From Paracoccaceae bacterium (GTDB lineage: Bacteria > Pseudomonadota > Alphaproteobacteria > Rhodobacterales > Rhodobacteraceae), in the NCBI GenBank assembly GCA_049974865.1, contig JBNGCX010000026.1:179-24178 (forward strand): a DNA stretch of 24,000 bases, read 5' to 3'. A program made the translations under genes and the position numbers. The notes under the pieces are model-generated. The model worked only from the letters and a program-made list of their open reading frames with translations, was not told the origin of the DNA and did not search any database. This document shows positions 14,184-22,736 of the stretch, one piece after another; the stretch's first letter is position 1; each line of letters opens with the position of its first letter.

Positions 14184-16649
14184 ATGGCAACGCTTTTCCG
14201 CTGGCTTCTGCGTCTGTTCACCGCGACGGCCATGCTGGCCGCGCTTGCCGCCATCGGGGTCTACTACCTCGCTTCGCGCTCCTTGCCCGAATACCAGGCG
14301 GCCCACCGGGTGGAGGGGATCACCGCCCCGGTCGAGATCGTGCGCGACAACGCCAACGTGCCGCATATCTTCGGCGAGACGGACGCGGACGTGTTCTTCG
14401 GCCTCGGCTTTGCCCACGCGCAGGACCGGCTGTGGCAGATGACCATGCTGCGACGCACGGCGCAGGGCCGCCTGTCCGAGATATTCGGCCCCCGCACCGC
14501 CCGGACCGACGAGCTGATGCGGCGTCTCGATCTTTACGGGCTGGCCACCCGCTCGGTCGCGGCGCAGGACGCGGACACGAAGGCCGCGCTGGAGGCCTAT
14601 GCCCGCGGCGTGAACGCCTGGATCGCCAAGGTCAACGAGGATGCGATGGGCCGGGGCGCGCCCGAATTCTTCCTGTTCTCGCCCGAGATCGCGCATTGGC
14701 AGCCCGCGGATTCGCTGGCCGTGCTCAAGCTGATGGCGCTGCAGCTCAGCGGGCATCTGCAGGAAGAGGTGCTGCGCGCCCGCGTCTCGCTGGCCCTGCC
14801 CGAGGCGCGTGTGCCCGACATCCTGCCCGACGCGCCGGGCCAGGGCGTGGCCGCCCTGCCCGACTATGCCCAGCTCATGCCCGGGGTGACGCGCAGCTTC
14901 GCCGCGCTGGAGCATGTGGACGACCCGCTCTGGCCGGTGCCGCGCCGGGCTTTTGCCGGGGCCTCCAACGCCTGGGCGGCGGCGCCCTCGCGCTCGGCCT
15001 CGGGCGGCACGCTGCTGGCCAACGACCCGCATCTGGGTTTCACCGCGCCCTCGGTCTGGTACCTGGCGCGGCTGGAGCTCGGGACCGGCGGGGTGATCGG
15101 CGGCACCATTCCCGGCCTGCCGGCGGTGCTGGCCGGCCGCAGCGCGCAGCTCGGCTGGGGGATCACGACCTCCTATCTCGACGACCAGGACCTGTTCATC
15201 GAGAAGCTCAACCCCGAGGACCCGACGCAATACCTGACGCCGGACGGTTACAAGTCCTTCGAGACCCGCCGCTCCATCATCCGCGTCAAGGATGCCGAGC
15301 CGCTCACCGTCACCCTGCGCTGGTCCGAAAACGGCCCCGTCCTGCCCGGCTCGCATTTCGGCCTGGGCGCGGTGACGCCCAAGGGACATGTCGCGGCGCT
15401 GTCCTGGACGGCGCTGTCGGCCGAGGACAGCTCGATGAGCGCGGCGATGGCTCTGATGCGGGCGCAGTCGGTCGAGGAGGGCCTGGCTGCCGGCGAGCTC
15501 TACATGGCGCCGGCGCAGAACCTGACCCTGGTCGACAAGGACAAGATTGCCCTGCAACTGATCGGCGCCATGCCCCGGCGCGAGGCCACCCATCAAAGCC
15601 AGGGCCGCCTGCCCGCCCCGGGCTGGCTGGCGCAGAACCGCTGGCAAGGCATGTTTCCCTATTCCGCCAACCCGCGCTTCATCTCGCCCAAGGGCGGGAT
15701 CCTGGGCAACACCAACAACAAGATCGTCGACCGCCCCTTCCCGCTGCATGTCAGCTTCGACTGGGGCGACACCCAGCGCATCCACCGCTGGCAGCGCCTG
15801 ATGCAGAACCGCAAGGTGCATACCCGCGACAGCTTCATCGAGGCGCAGCTCGACACGGTCAGCTTCACAGCCCGCGCCCTGCTGCCGCTGATCGCCCGCG
15901 ACCTGTGGTTCACCGGCGAGCCCGCCCCCGAGGGCACGCCCGACCACCTGCGCCAGCAGGCGCTGGAGCTGCTGGCCAACTGGAACGGCGAGATGAACGA
16001 GCACATGCCCGAGCCGCTGATCTACGCCACCTGGCTGCGCCACCTCCAGGACCGGCTGATCCGCGACGACCTGGGGCCGCTGGCGCAGGAATTCACCCAT
16101 GTCGAGCCGCTGTTCCTGGAGCGCGTCTTCCGCGATGTCGACGGCGCCTCGGCCTGGTGCGACGTGGTGCAGTCGACGGCCAAGGAAAGCTGCACCGACA
16201 TGGCCCGGATCGCGCTGGACGAGGCGCTGATCTGGATCGGCGAACATTACGGCGGCAACCTGGAATCCCTGCGCTGGGGCGAGGCGCACCAGGCCCGGCA
16301 CGACCACCCGGTGCTGGGCGAGGTGCCGGTGCTGAAATGGCTGGTGAACATCCGCCAGTCCACCTCGGGCGGCGACAACACGCTGCTGCGCGGGCTGACC
16401 TCGGGCGAGGATCCGACGCCCTTTGCCAATTTGCATGGCGCGGGCTATCGCGGGGTCTATGATTTCGCCGATCCCGACAGCTCGGTCTTCATCATCTCGA
16501 CCGGGCAGTCCGGCCATCCGCTGTCGCGGCACTACGATGACCTGGGAGAGCTGTGGCGGCGCGGCGAATACATCCCCATGTCGCTCGACCCCGAACTGGC
16601 CCGCGCCGCGGCGGTGGGAGTGACGCGGCTTAAGCCGGCCGAGGAATAG
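14184..16649 (+). CDS. Penicillin acylase-family Ntn hydrolase (peptidase S45; possible acyl-homoserine-lactone acylase), N-terminally membrane-anchored
   Basis: This is the ORF 14154..16649 trimmed to the ATG at 14184, with the SD ACGAGG. It has an N-terminal hydrophobic helix (LLRLFTATAMLAALAAIGVYYL) and an alpha-subunit motif (VPHIFGETDADVFFGLGFAHAQDRLWQM). The predicted autoprocessing site is G-A|SNAW with the nucleophile Ser at 14964-14966, followed by LLANDPHL. Confidence 0.88.
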   Translation: MATLFRWLLRLFTATAMLAALAAIGVYYLASRSLPEYQAAHRVEGITAPVEIVRDNANVPHIFGETDADVFFGLGFAHAQDRLWQMTMLRRTAQGRLSEIFGPRTARTDELMRRLDLYGLATRSVAAQDADTKAALEAYARGVNAWIAKVNEDAMGRGAPEFFLFSPEIAHWQPADSLAVLKLMALQLSGHLQEEVLRARVSLALPEARVPDILPDAPGQGVAALPDYAQLMPGVTRSFAALEHVDDPLWPVPRRAFAGASNAWAAAPSRSASGGTLLANDPHLGFTAPSVWYLARLELGTGGVIGGTIPGLPAVLAGRSAQLGWGITTSYLDDQDLFIEKLNPEDPTQYLTPDGYKSFETRRSIIRVKDAEPLTVTLRWSENGPVLPGSHFGLGAVTPKGHVAALSWTALSAEDSSMSAAMALMRAQSVEEGLAAGELYMAPAQNLTLVDKDKIALQLIGAMPRREATHQSQGRLPAPGWLAQNRWQGMFPYSANPRFISPKGGILGNTNNKIVDRPFPLHVSFDWGDTQRIHRWQRLMQNRKVHTRDSFIEAQLDTVSFTARALLPLIARDLWFTGEPAPEGTPDHLRQQALELLANWNGEMNEHMPEPLIYATWLRHLQDRLIRDDLGPLAQEFTHVEPLFLERVFRDVDGASAWCDVVQSTAKESCTDMARIALDEALIWIGEHYGGNLESLRWGEAHQARHDHPVLGEVPVLKWLVNIRQSTSGGDNTLLRGLTSGEDPTPFANLHGAGYRGVYDFADPDSSVFIISTGQSGHPLSRHYDDLGELWRRGEYIPMSLDPELARAAAVGVTRLKPAEE

Positions 16650-16663
16650 GACGCGCGGCCAAA

Positions 16664-16711
16664 GCCGATTTTTCGCCGAAAAATCGTTCGAAATTTCGCA
16701 GAAATTTCGCG
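16664..16711. repeat. Tandem pair of AT-rich palindromic repeat units (family B and a variant) at a second convergent junction
   Basis: Unit B3 (16666-16686) is CGATTTTTC-GCC-GAAAAATCG and unit B4 (16689-16709) is CGAAATTTC-GCA-GAAATTTCG. Both have perfect 9-bp stems and 3-nt loops. The pair lies between the acylase stop (16649) and the hflX stop (16716). Confidence 0.7.
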
Positions 16712-16715
16712 GGCC

Positions 16716-17969
16716 TCAGAGGTCACGGAACCGCTTTTCCTGGCGCGCGGTCCAGTGCACGGTCAGGGTATAGCCCTCGTCGTCCTGTTCCTCGGCCTCG
16801 ACCACCCCCTGGTCGTAGAGCCAGGCCCGCTTGCGCCCCTCGGCAAAGCCCAGGCGGAGCTCGCGCCGGGTGCGCTCCTCGTCCAGCGCCCGGGTGATCG
16901 CGGCCAGCAGCGGGTCCATCCCCTCGCCGGTCAGCGCCGACAGGGTGAAGACCTCCTCGCGCCGCTCGGCCTTCAGCTCCAGCGCGGCGCGGTCCTCGGG
17001 CGGCAGCCGGTCGATCTTGTTCCAGACATCGAATTTCGGCCGGTCCTCGGTCACGCCGAGATCGGACAGGATCGCCTCCACGTCCTCGGCCTGTTCCTCG
17101 CTGTCGGGGTGCGAGATGTCGCGCACATGCAGGATCAGGTCGGCCTCCAGAACCTCTTCCAGCGTGGCGCGGAAGGCGGCGACCAGCTGCGTCGGCAGGT
17201 CCGAGATGAAGCCCACCGTGTCCGACAGGATCACCTTCTTGCCCGACGGCAGCGTGATGCCCCGCATGGTCGGGTCGAGCGTGGCGAACAGCATGTCCTT
17301 GGCCATCACCTCGGCCCCGGTCAGCCGGTTGAACAGCGTCGATTTCCCGGCATTGGTATAGCCCACCAGCGCCACGATCGGGAACGGCACCTTGCGCCGG
17401 GCGGCGCGGTGCAGGTCGCGGGTCTTGACCACCTTGGCCAGCTGCCGGCGCAGGCGCGTGATCGCCTCGTCGATGGCGCGGCGGTCGGCCTCGATCTGGG
17501 TCTCGCCCGGCCCGCCCACGAAGCCCAGCCCGCCGCGCTGCCGTTCCAGGTGGGTCCAGGCGCGCACCAGCCGGGTGCGCTGGTAGCTCAGCGCCGCCAG
17601 CTCCACCTGCAGCACGCCCTCGCGGGTGCGGGCGCGGTCGGCGAAGATCTCCAGGATCAGCCCGGTGCGGTCGAGGATCTTGACCTTCCACTCGCGTTCC
17701 AGGTTGCGCTGCTGGACCGGCGTCACCGGCCCGTCGATCAGCACCAGGTCGATCTCGCCCTCGCGGAAGCGTCCGCCCAGTTCCTCGATCTTGCCCGAGC
17801 CGAACAGCAGGCCCGGCCGCGCCTTGGGCAGGGTGACCACCTCGGCGCCCACGACCTCGAGGTCGGGCAGCGCCATGGCCAGGGACACGGCCTCCTCCAG
17901 CGCCGGCGCGGCGTCGCGGCGGTCACGGTCGGCGGTGATGTCGGGGTGCAGCACCCAGGCGCGGGTCAC
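16716..17969 (-). CDS. hflX: GTPase HflX
   Basis: This is a 417-aa ORF with an apparent GTG start at 17969. It has the HflX N-terminal domain and G-motifs GYTNAGKST (G1), DTVGF (G3) and NKID (G4). Its position immediately downstream of hfq is the conserved one. Confidence 0.92.
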   Translation of the reverse strand: MTRAWVLHPDITADRDRRDAAPALEEAVSLAMALPDLEVVGAEVVTLPKARPGLLFGSGKIEELGGRFREGEIDLVLIDGPVTPVQQRNLEREWKVKILDRTGLILEIFADRARTREGVLQVELAALSYQRTRLVRAWTHLERQRGGLGFVGGPGETQIEADRRAIDEAITRLRRQLAKVVKTRDLHRAARRKVPFPIVALVGYTNAGKSTLFNRLTGAEVMAKDMLFATLDPTMRGITLPSGKKVILSDTVGFISDLPTQLVAAFRATLEEVLEADLILHVRDISHPDSEEQAEDVEAILSDLGVTEDRPKFDVWNKIDRLPPEDRAALELKAERREEVFTLSALTGEGMDPLLAAITRALDEERTRRELRLGFAEGRKRAWLYDQGVVEAEEQDDEGYTLTVHWTARQEKRFRDL

Positions 17970-17998
17970 ATGGGGGCTGTGATCTTCGAAGCCCGGAA

Positions 17999-18232
17999 TC
18001 AGTCCTCACCCTCGTAAAGGGAAATCGGCTGGGCCGGCATGATCGTCGAGATCGCGTGCTTGTAGACGAGCTGCGACTGGCCGTCGCGGCGCAGCAGCAC
18101 GCAGAAATTGTCGAACCAGGTGATCACGCCCTGCAGCTTGACCCCGTTGATCAGGAAAATCGTCACCGGAACCTTTGTTTTCCGGACATGGTTGAGAAAT
18201 GCATCCTGCAAATTTTGTTTATCGGCAGCCAT
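17999..18232 (-). CDS. hfq: RNA chaperone Hfq
   Basis: This 77-aa ORF contains the Sm1/Sm2 motifs: [40 protein letters not shown]...[11 protein letters not shown]. Confidence 0.97.
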   Translation of the reverse strand: MAADKQNLQDAFLNHVRKTKVPVTIFLINGVKLQGVITWFDNFCVLLRRDGQSQLVYKHAISTIMPAQPISLYEGED

Positions 18233-18367
18233 CGGTTCTTGCCTTTTTCTTTCGTCTGCCCGTCCGCGGACAGCTGGTTGCGCTTGTCCGCCCGAGTATG
18301 AAGTGCGATTCGCCGAGTTTCCAGACCCAAAATCAGGTCGTTAGACGGGAATTTCGCATTTGCGGCA

Positions 18368-19885
18368 TTACTGCCGCCAAAACCCGGGGTTCAAAAGCGC
18401 GATGATGGCCAGCGTTTCCAGCCGGCCCAGGACCATCGCCGCGGCCAGGATAAGCTTGGCCGCGTCCCCCAGGCCGCTGTACCGGATCGGCGCCTCGGCC
18501 GCGACGGCCGCCAGCGGCCCGGTGGTCGACAGCGACGACACGGCCAGCACCACGGTTTCCTCGAAAGTCAGCCCGGTCAGCGACAGCGCCGCCATCACCA
18601 CCGCCACGCTGAGGGCGAACAGCATGAAGAACACCCATGCGATATGGGCGCCCTCGCGCCGGATCAGGCGCGCCATCGCCCCCGCCCCGCCGACCGACGA
18701 AGGATAGTAGAGCTTTTCCAGCTCGCGCAGCCCGTGCTTGTAGAGCGCGTAGACCCGCAACAGCTTCACGCCGCCGGCGGTGGTGGCCACCCCGCCGCCC
18801 ATCATCGCCAGCCCCGCCAGGATCAGCCCCGGCGTCTGCAGCCCCGACCAGTTGCGCATCTCGGCCCAGTCGGCCGAGGTGAAGCCGGTCGTGGTCAGGA
18901 AGGACAGAACGGTGAACACGCTGCCCCAGAGCGCGCGCAGCGCGGCGCCGAAATTCTGCTGCTCGGCCACTTCGTAGGCGCCCAGCCAGTGGCGCAGGAA
19001 CAGCAGCAGCGGCACCGCCACCACCGCCAGCAGCCCCATGCGGAACTCCTTGTCGCCGGACAGCCGCGCGACGGTCTCGGCCCGCAGCCCGCTGGCGAAG
19101 GTCTGGCGCGACAGGGCGAACCCCAGGAAGACGAAGATCAGCAGCTCGCCCAGGATCCCGCCGCTGGCTCCCTGCATCCCGCCCACCGGCGAGATGCCGC
19201 TGGTCGAGAGCACGGCCATCGCATGGCAGGCCGCCACCAGCGGCGTCTCGCCCCCCAGGATCAGGAACAGCCACAGCGCGCCCGTCAGCACCGCGTAGAC
19301 CGGCATCAGCTGGACGTTGAAGCGGATCAGCCGTTCGCGCGGGTCGGTGCGGTAGACGGCACCCCCCGCCTGGCGCGCGCCGCGGCCCACCGCCGCGGGA
19401 GCGGTCACCTCGAACCCGCCCAGGTTCATCGGCGCCAGGATCGCGATCGCCGTCAGCCAGATGAAATAGCCGCCCAGCCAGCCCACCAGCGCCCGCCACA
19501 GATGCACCGAGGGGGCCAGCCGCCCCGGGTCGAGGAACAGCGTGGCGCCGGTGGTGGTCAGGCTGGAGACCATCTCGAAATAGGAATTCAGGAAGGTGGT
19601 GTTGCGCACCGCCTCGTGAAAGGGCACGGCCAGCATCAGCGGCAGCACGGTGAACACCGCCAGCATCGCCACCAGGTGGCTGCGCGCCAGTTTGCTGGAG
19701 CGGGTGTTGTAATTCGCGATCGCGATCAGCACCGTCAGGATCAGGAACAGCGTGCCCGAGTAGAAGAAGCTGCGCGCCGTCAGCCAGTCGCGCACCGCAA
19801 GCCCGTGCATCATGGGCACGAACATCGCCAGCGCGCAGACCCCCATCACGATGGTCAGGAAAGAGAGGTTCAGCAGCCAGCGCAT
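18368..19885 (-). CDS. trkH: Trk-system potassium uptake protein TrkH
   Basis: This 505-aa polytopic membrane protein has four MPM selectivity-filter-like repeats (SLTTTGATL, LSTSGISPVG, LTTTGFTSADW, ATTAGGVKLL). It starts 5 nt downstream of trkA. Confidence 0.9.
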   Translation of the reverse strand: MRWLLNLSFLTIVMGVCALAMFVPMMHGLAVRDWLTARSFFYSGTLFLILTVLIAIANYNTRSSKLARSHLVAMLAVFTVLPLMLAVPFHEAVRNTTFLNSYFEMVSSLTTTGATLFLDPGRLAPSVHLWRALVGWLGGYFIWLTAIAILAPMNLGGFEVTAPAAVGRGARQAGGAVYRTDPRERLIRFNVQLMPVYAVLTGALWLFLILGGETPLVAACHAMAVLSTSGISPVGGMQGASGGILGELLIFVFLGFALSRQTFASGLRAETVARLSGDKEFRMGLLAVVAVPLLLFLRHWLGAYEVAEQQNFGAALRALWGSVFTVLSFLTTTGFTSADWAEMRNWSGLQTPGLILAGLAMMGGGVATTAGGVKLLRVYALYKHGLRELEKLYYPSSVGGAGAMARLIRREGAHIAWVFFMLFALSVAVVMAALSLTGLTFEETVVLAVSSLSTTGPLAAVAAEAPIRYSGLGDAAKLILAAAMVLGRLETLAIIALLNPGFWRQ

Positions 19886-19890
19886 CGGAC

Positions 19891-21267
19891 TCAGAAGAAG
19901 TCGATGGAGACCTGCAGCAGGCGCTCCACCTCGGGCACGTCGGCGGCCAGCGAGAACATGGCGATGACGTCGCCCTCCTCGATGCGGGTGCCGCCGACGG
20001 GCCGGATCACCTTGTCGCCCTTCTTGACCGCGCCCACCAGCACCCCCTCGGGGAAGTCGATGTCACGGATCGTGCGCCCGGCGATGGGCGAGGTGGACAG
20101 CACCTGCGCCTCGATCACCTCGGCCTCGGCATCGCCGATGGAATACACGCCGCGCACGCGCCCGTGCCGGATGTGGCGCAGGATCGAGCTCACGGTGGTG
20201 GCGCGCGGGTTGATATAGGCGTCGATCTCCAGCGGGCGCATCAGCGGCACCAGCGAGGGATCGTTGACCAGGCAGATCGCCATCGGGCAGCCCATCGCCT
20301 TGGCCCGCACCGCGGCCAGCATGTTGGTCTTGTCGTCGTCGGTGACCGCCAGCACGGCGTCGGCGCGGTGGATATTGGCCTCCTCCAGCAGTTCGCGGTT
20401 CAACCCGTCGCCGTGCAGCACGATGGTGCGTTCCAGCGAATCCGCCGCCCGCTCGGCGCGGCCGCGGTCCTTCTCGATCACCTTGGCGCGGACGCGGTCG
20501 GCCCGCGCCTCCAGCGCCTGGGCCACGGCCAGGCCCACATTGCCACCGCCCAGCACGACCACCCGCTCCTGCTTGCGGGTGCTCTTGCCGAAGATCTCGA
20601 GCGTCCGGTTCACGTCCTCGGTATGGGTGAAGACATAAATCTGGTCGCCGGGGAACAGCTGGTCGCCCGGCTCGGGCGCGAACAGCGTGCCCTCGCGGCG
20701 CACCCCCACCACCACCGCGCGCAGCGTCGAGAACAGGTCGGTGAGCTGGCGCAGCGGCGTGTTGATCACCGGGCATTCCGCGTCGATGGCGATGCCCAGC
20801 AGATGCGCGCCCCGGTCGAGGAAGCTCTCGGTGTCGAAGGCGGCGGGCGCGGCGAGGCGCTGCAGCGCGGCCTCGGCCACCTCGCGCTCGGGGCTGATGA
20901 CCACGTCGATCGGCATGTGCTCGCGCCGGTAGAGGTCGGAATAGATCGCGGTCAGGTAGGATTGCGCGCGCAGCCGGGCGATCTTGCGCGGGATGGCAAA
21001 GACTGAATGCGCCACCTGGCAGGTGACCATGTTCACCTCGTCCGAGTAGGTGGCGGCGATGATCATGTCGGCATCGCGCGCGCCCGCGCGCTCCAGGATG
21101 TCGGGGTAAGAGGCGAAGCCCGCGATCCCCTGCACATCCAGCGTGTCGGTGGCCCGGCGCACCAGGTCGGCGTTGTTGTCGACCACGGTGACGTCGTTCT
21201 TTTCGCTGGCAAGGTGGCGGGCGATCTGCCACCCCACCTGGCCCGCGCCGCATATGATGACCTTCAT
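19891..21267 (-). CDS. trkA: Trk-system potassium uptake protein TrkA (tandem RCK/NAD-binding domains)
   Basis: This is a 458-aa ORF. It has two Rossmann-type motifs, MKVIICGAGQVGWQIA and VVVLGGGNVGLAVAQ, each followed by a TrkA-C domain. Confidence 0.93.
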   Translation of the reverse strand: MKVIICGAGQVGWQIARHLASEKNDVTVVDNNADLVRRATDTLDVQGIAGFASYPDILERAGARDADMIIAATYSDEVNMVTCQVAHSVFAIPRKIARLRAQSYLTAIYSDLYRREHMPIDVVISPEREVAEAALQRLAAPAAFDTESFLDRGAHLLGIAIDAECPVINTPLRQLTDLFSTLRAVVVGVRREGTLFAPEPGDQLFPGDQIYVFTHTEDVNRTLEIFGKSTRKQERVVVLGGGNVGLAVAQALEARADRVRAKVIEKDRGRAERAADSLERTIVLHGDGLNRELLEEANIHRADAVLAVTDDDKTNMLAAVRAKAMGCPMAICLVNDPSLVPLMRPLEIDAYINPRATTVSSILRHIRHGRVRGVYSIGDAEAEVIEAQVLSTSPIAGRTIRDIDFPEGVLVGAVKKGDKVIRPVGGTRIEEGDVIAMFSLAADVPEVERLLQVSIDFF

Positions 21268-21329
21268 CGGCTCCGCATCCCGGCTCGGCTGTTCGGCTCA
21301 TCCTTTGCAGATGCGTCCCGGACGGTCAA

Positions 21330-22736
21330 TCAGCCGCGTTTGCCGTTCTCGACCCGCGCCACCCGGGCGCCGGCCTTGGCGGTGGTCACCACGCCCAGCG
21401 ATTTCAGCTTGCGGTGCAGGGCGCTGCGCTCCATTCCCACGAAATTCGCGGTGCGGCTGATATTGCCGCCGAAGCGGTTGATCTGGGCCAGCAGGTATTC
21501 GCGCTCGAACAGCTCACGCGCCTCGCGCAGGGGCAGCGTGGCCAGCGCGCCGGACAGGACGACGCGGCCGTCCTCGGCCGGTTCCTCCTCCTGCGCGGGC
21601 AGCTCACGCGCGGTGATCGGGCCGGTCCCCTCGCCCAGGATCAGCACCCGCTCCACCACGTTCTTGAGCTGCCGGACATTGCCCGGCCAGCGCATGGTCT
21701 GCAGCAGCGCCGCGGCCTCGTCGCTGAGCTCTCGCAGGGGCAGACCCTGGGCGCGGTTGAACTCCGTCACGAAATGGCGGGCCAGTTCGGGGATGTCCTC
21801 GCGCCGCTCCTCCAGCGCGGGCACCGAGATCGGCACCACGTTGAGGCGGTGATAGAGCTCGCGCCGGAAATTGCCGGCGGCGATCTCTTCCTCCAGGTCG
21901 CGGGTGGAGGACGAGATGACCCGCAGGTCCACCCGCACCTTGTCGGTGCCGCCCACACGCTGGAACTGCTGATCGACCAGCACGCGCAGGATCTTGGACT
22001 GCGTCCCCGGCGGCATGTCGGCCACCTCGTCGAAATACAGCACCCCGCCATGGGCCTGTTCCAGCAGGCCCGGCTCGATCCCGCGCTCCGGGCTTTCGCG
22101 GCCGAACAGCACCTCTTCCATGCGTTCGGGCTCGATCGAGGCCGAGTTGACCGAGATGAAGGGCGCCGAGGCCCGGGTCGAATTGGCATGCACGAAGCGC
22201 GCGGCCAGTTCCTTGCCGCTGCCGGCCGGCCCCGAAAGCATCACCCGGCCGTTCGAACGGGTGACCTTTTCCAACTGCGATTTCAGCGCCTTGAAGGCCG
22301 CACTTGATCCGATCATCTCGGCCATGGCGGTTTCGCGGCGGCGCAGGTCCAGGTTCTCGCGCCGCAGCCGCGCGGTTTCCATCGCGCGGCGGATCACCAC
22401 CAGAAGCTGGTCGATGTTGAAAGGCTTCTCGATAAAGTCGTAGGCGCCCTGCTTGATCGCCGCGACCGCGATCTCGATATTGCCGTGCCCCGAGATGATG
22501 ATGATCGGGATCTCGGGATTGTCGCGCTTGACCTTCGAGAGGATGTCGATCCCGTCCATCCGGCTGTCCTTGAGCCAGATGTCCAGGATCATCAGCGCCG
22601 GCGGCTCGCTGTTTATCTCGGCCATGCAGTCGTCGGAATTGGCCGCCAGCCGGGTGGTATAGCCCTCGTCTCGCAGGATGTCCGCGATCAGTTCGCGGAT
22701 GTCGCGCTCGTCGTCAACGATAAGAATATCACTCAT
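21330..22736 (-). CDS. ntrX: Two-component response regulator NtrX (receiver + AAA+ + Fis-type HTH)
   Basis: This is the ORF 21330..22868 trimmed to the ATG at 22736 (MSDILIVDDERDIRE...), giving 468 aa. It has the receiver Asp in LMILDIWL, Walker A GPAGSGKE and a C-terminal HTH (NISRTANFVGMERSALHRKLK). The GAFTGA loop is replaced by ESPERGIEPG. Its position downstream of ntrY is the conserved one. Confidence 0.9.
   Translation of the reverse strand: MSDILIVDDERDIRELIADILRDEGYTTRLAANSDDCMAEINSEPPALMILDIWLKDSRMDGIDILSKVKRDNPEIPIIIISGHGNIEIAVAAIKQGAYDFIEKPFNIDQLLVVIRRAMETARLRRENLDLRRRETAMAEMIGSSAAFKALKSQLEKVTRSNGRVMLSGPAGSGKELAARFVHANSTRASAPFISVNSASIEPERMEEVLFGRESPERGIEPGLLEQAHGGVLYFDEVADMPPGTQSKILRVLVDQQFQRVGGTDKVRVDLRVISSSTRDLEEEIAAGNFRRELYHRLNVVPISVPALEERREDIPELARHFVTEFNRAQGLPLRELSDEAAALLQTMRWPGNVRQLKNVVERVLILGEGTGPITARELPAQEEEPAEDGRVVLSGALATLPLREARELFEREYLLAQINRFGGNISRTANFVGMERSALHRKLKSLGVVTTAKAGARVARVENGKRG

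Noticed and set aside
21268-21329. A TTGACC hexamer in the ntrX-trkA spacer, considered as an internal promoter for trkAH-hfq.
   Set aside because: No acceptable -10 hexamer lies at 16-18 nt spacing. Only the SD (GGAG) for trkA is convincing.
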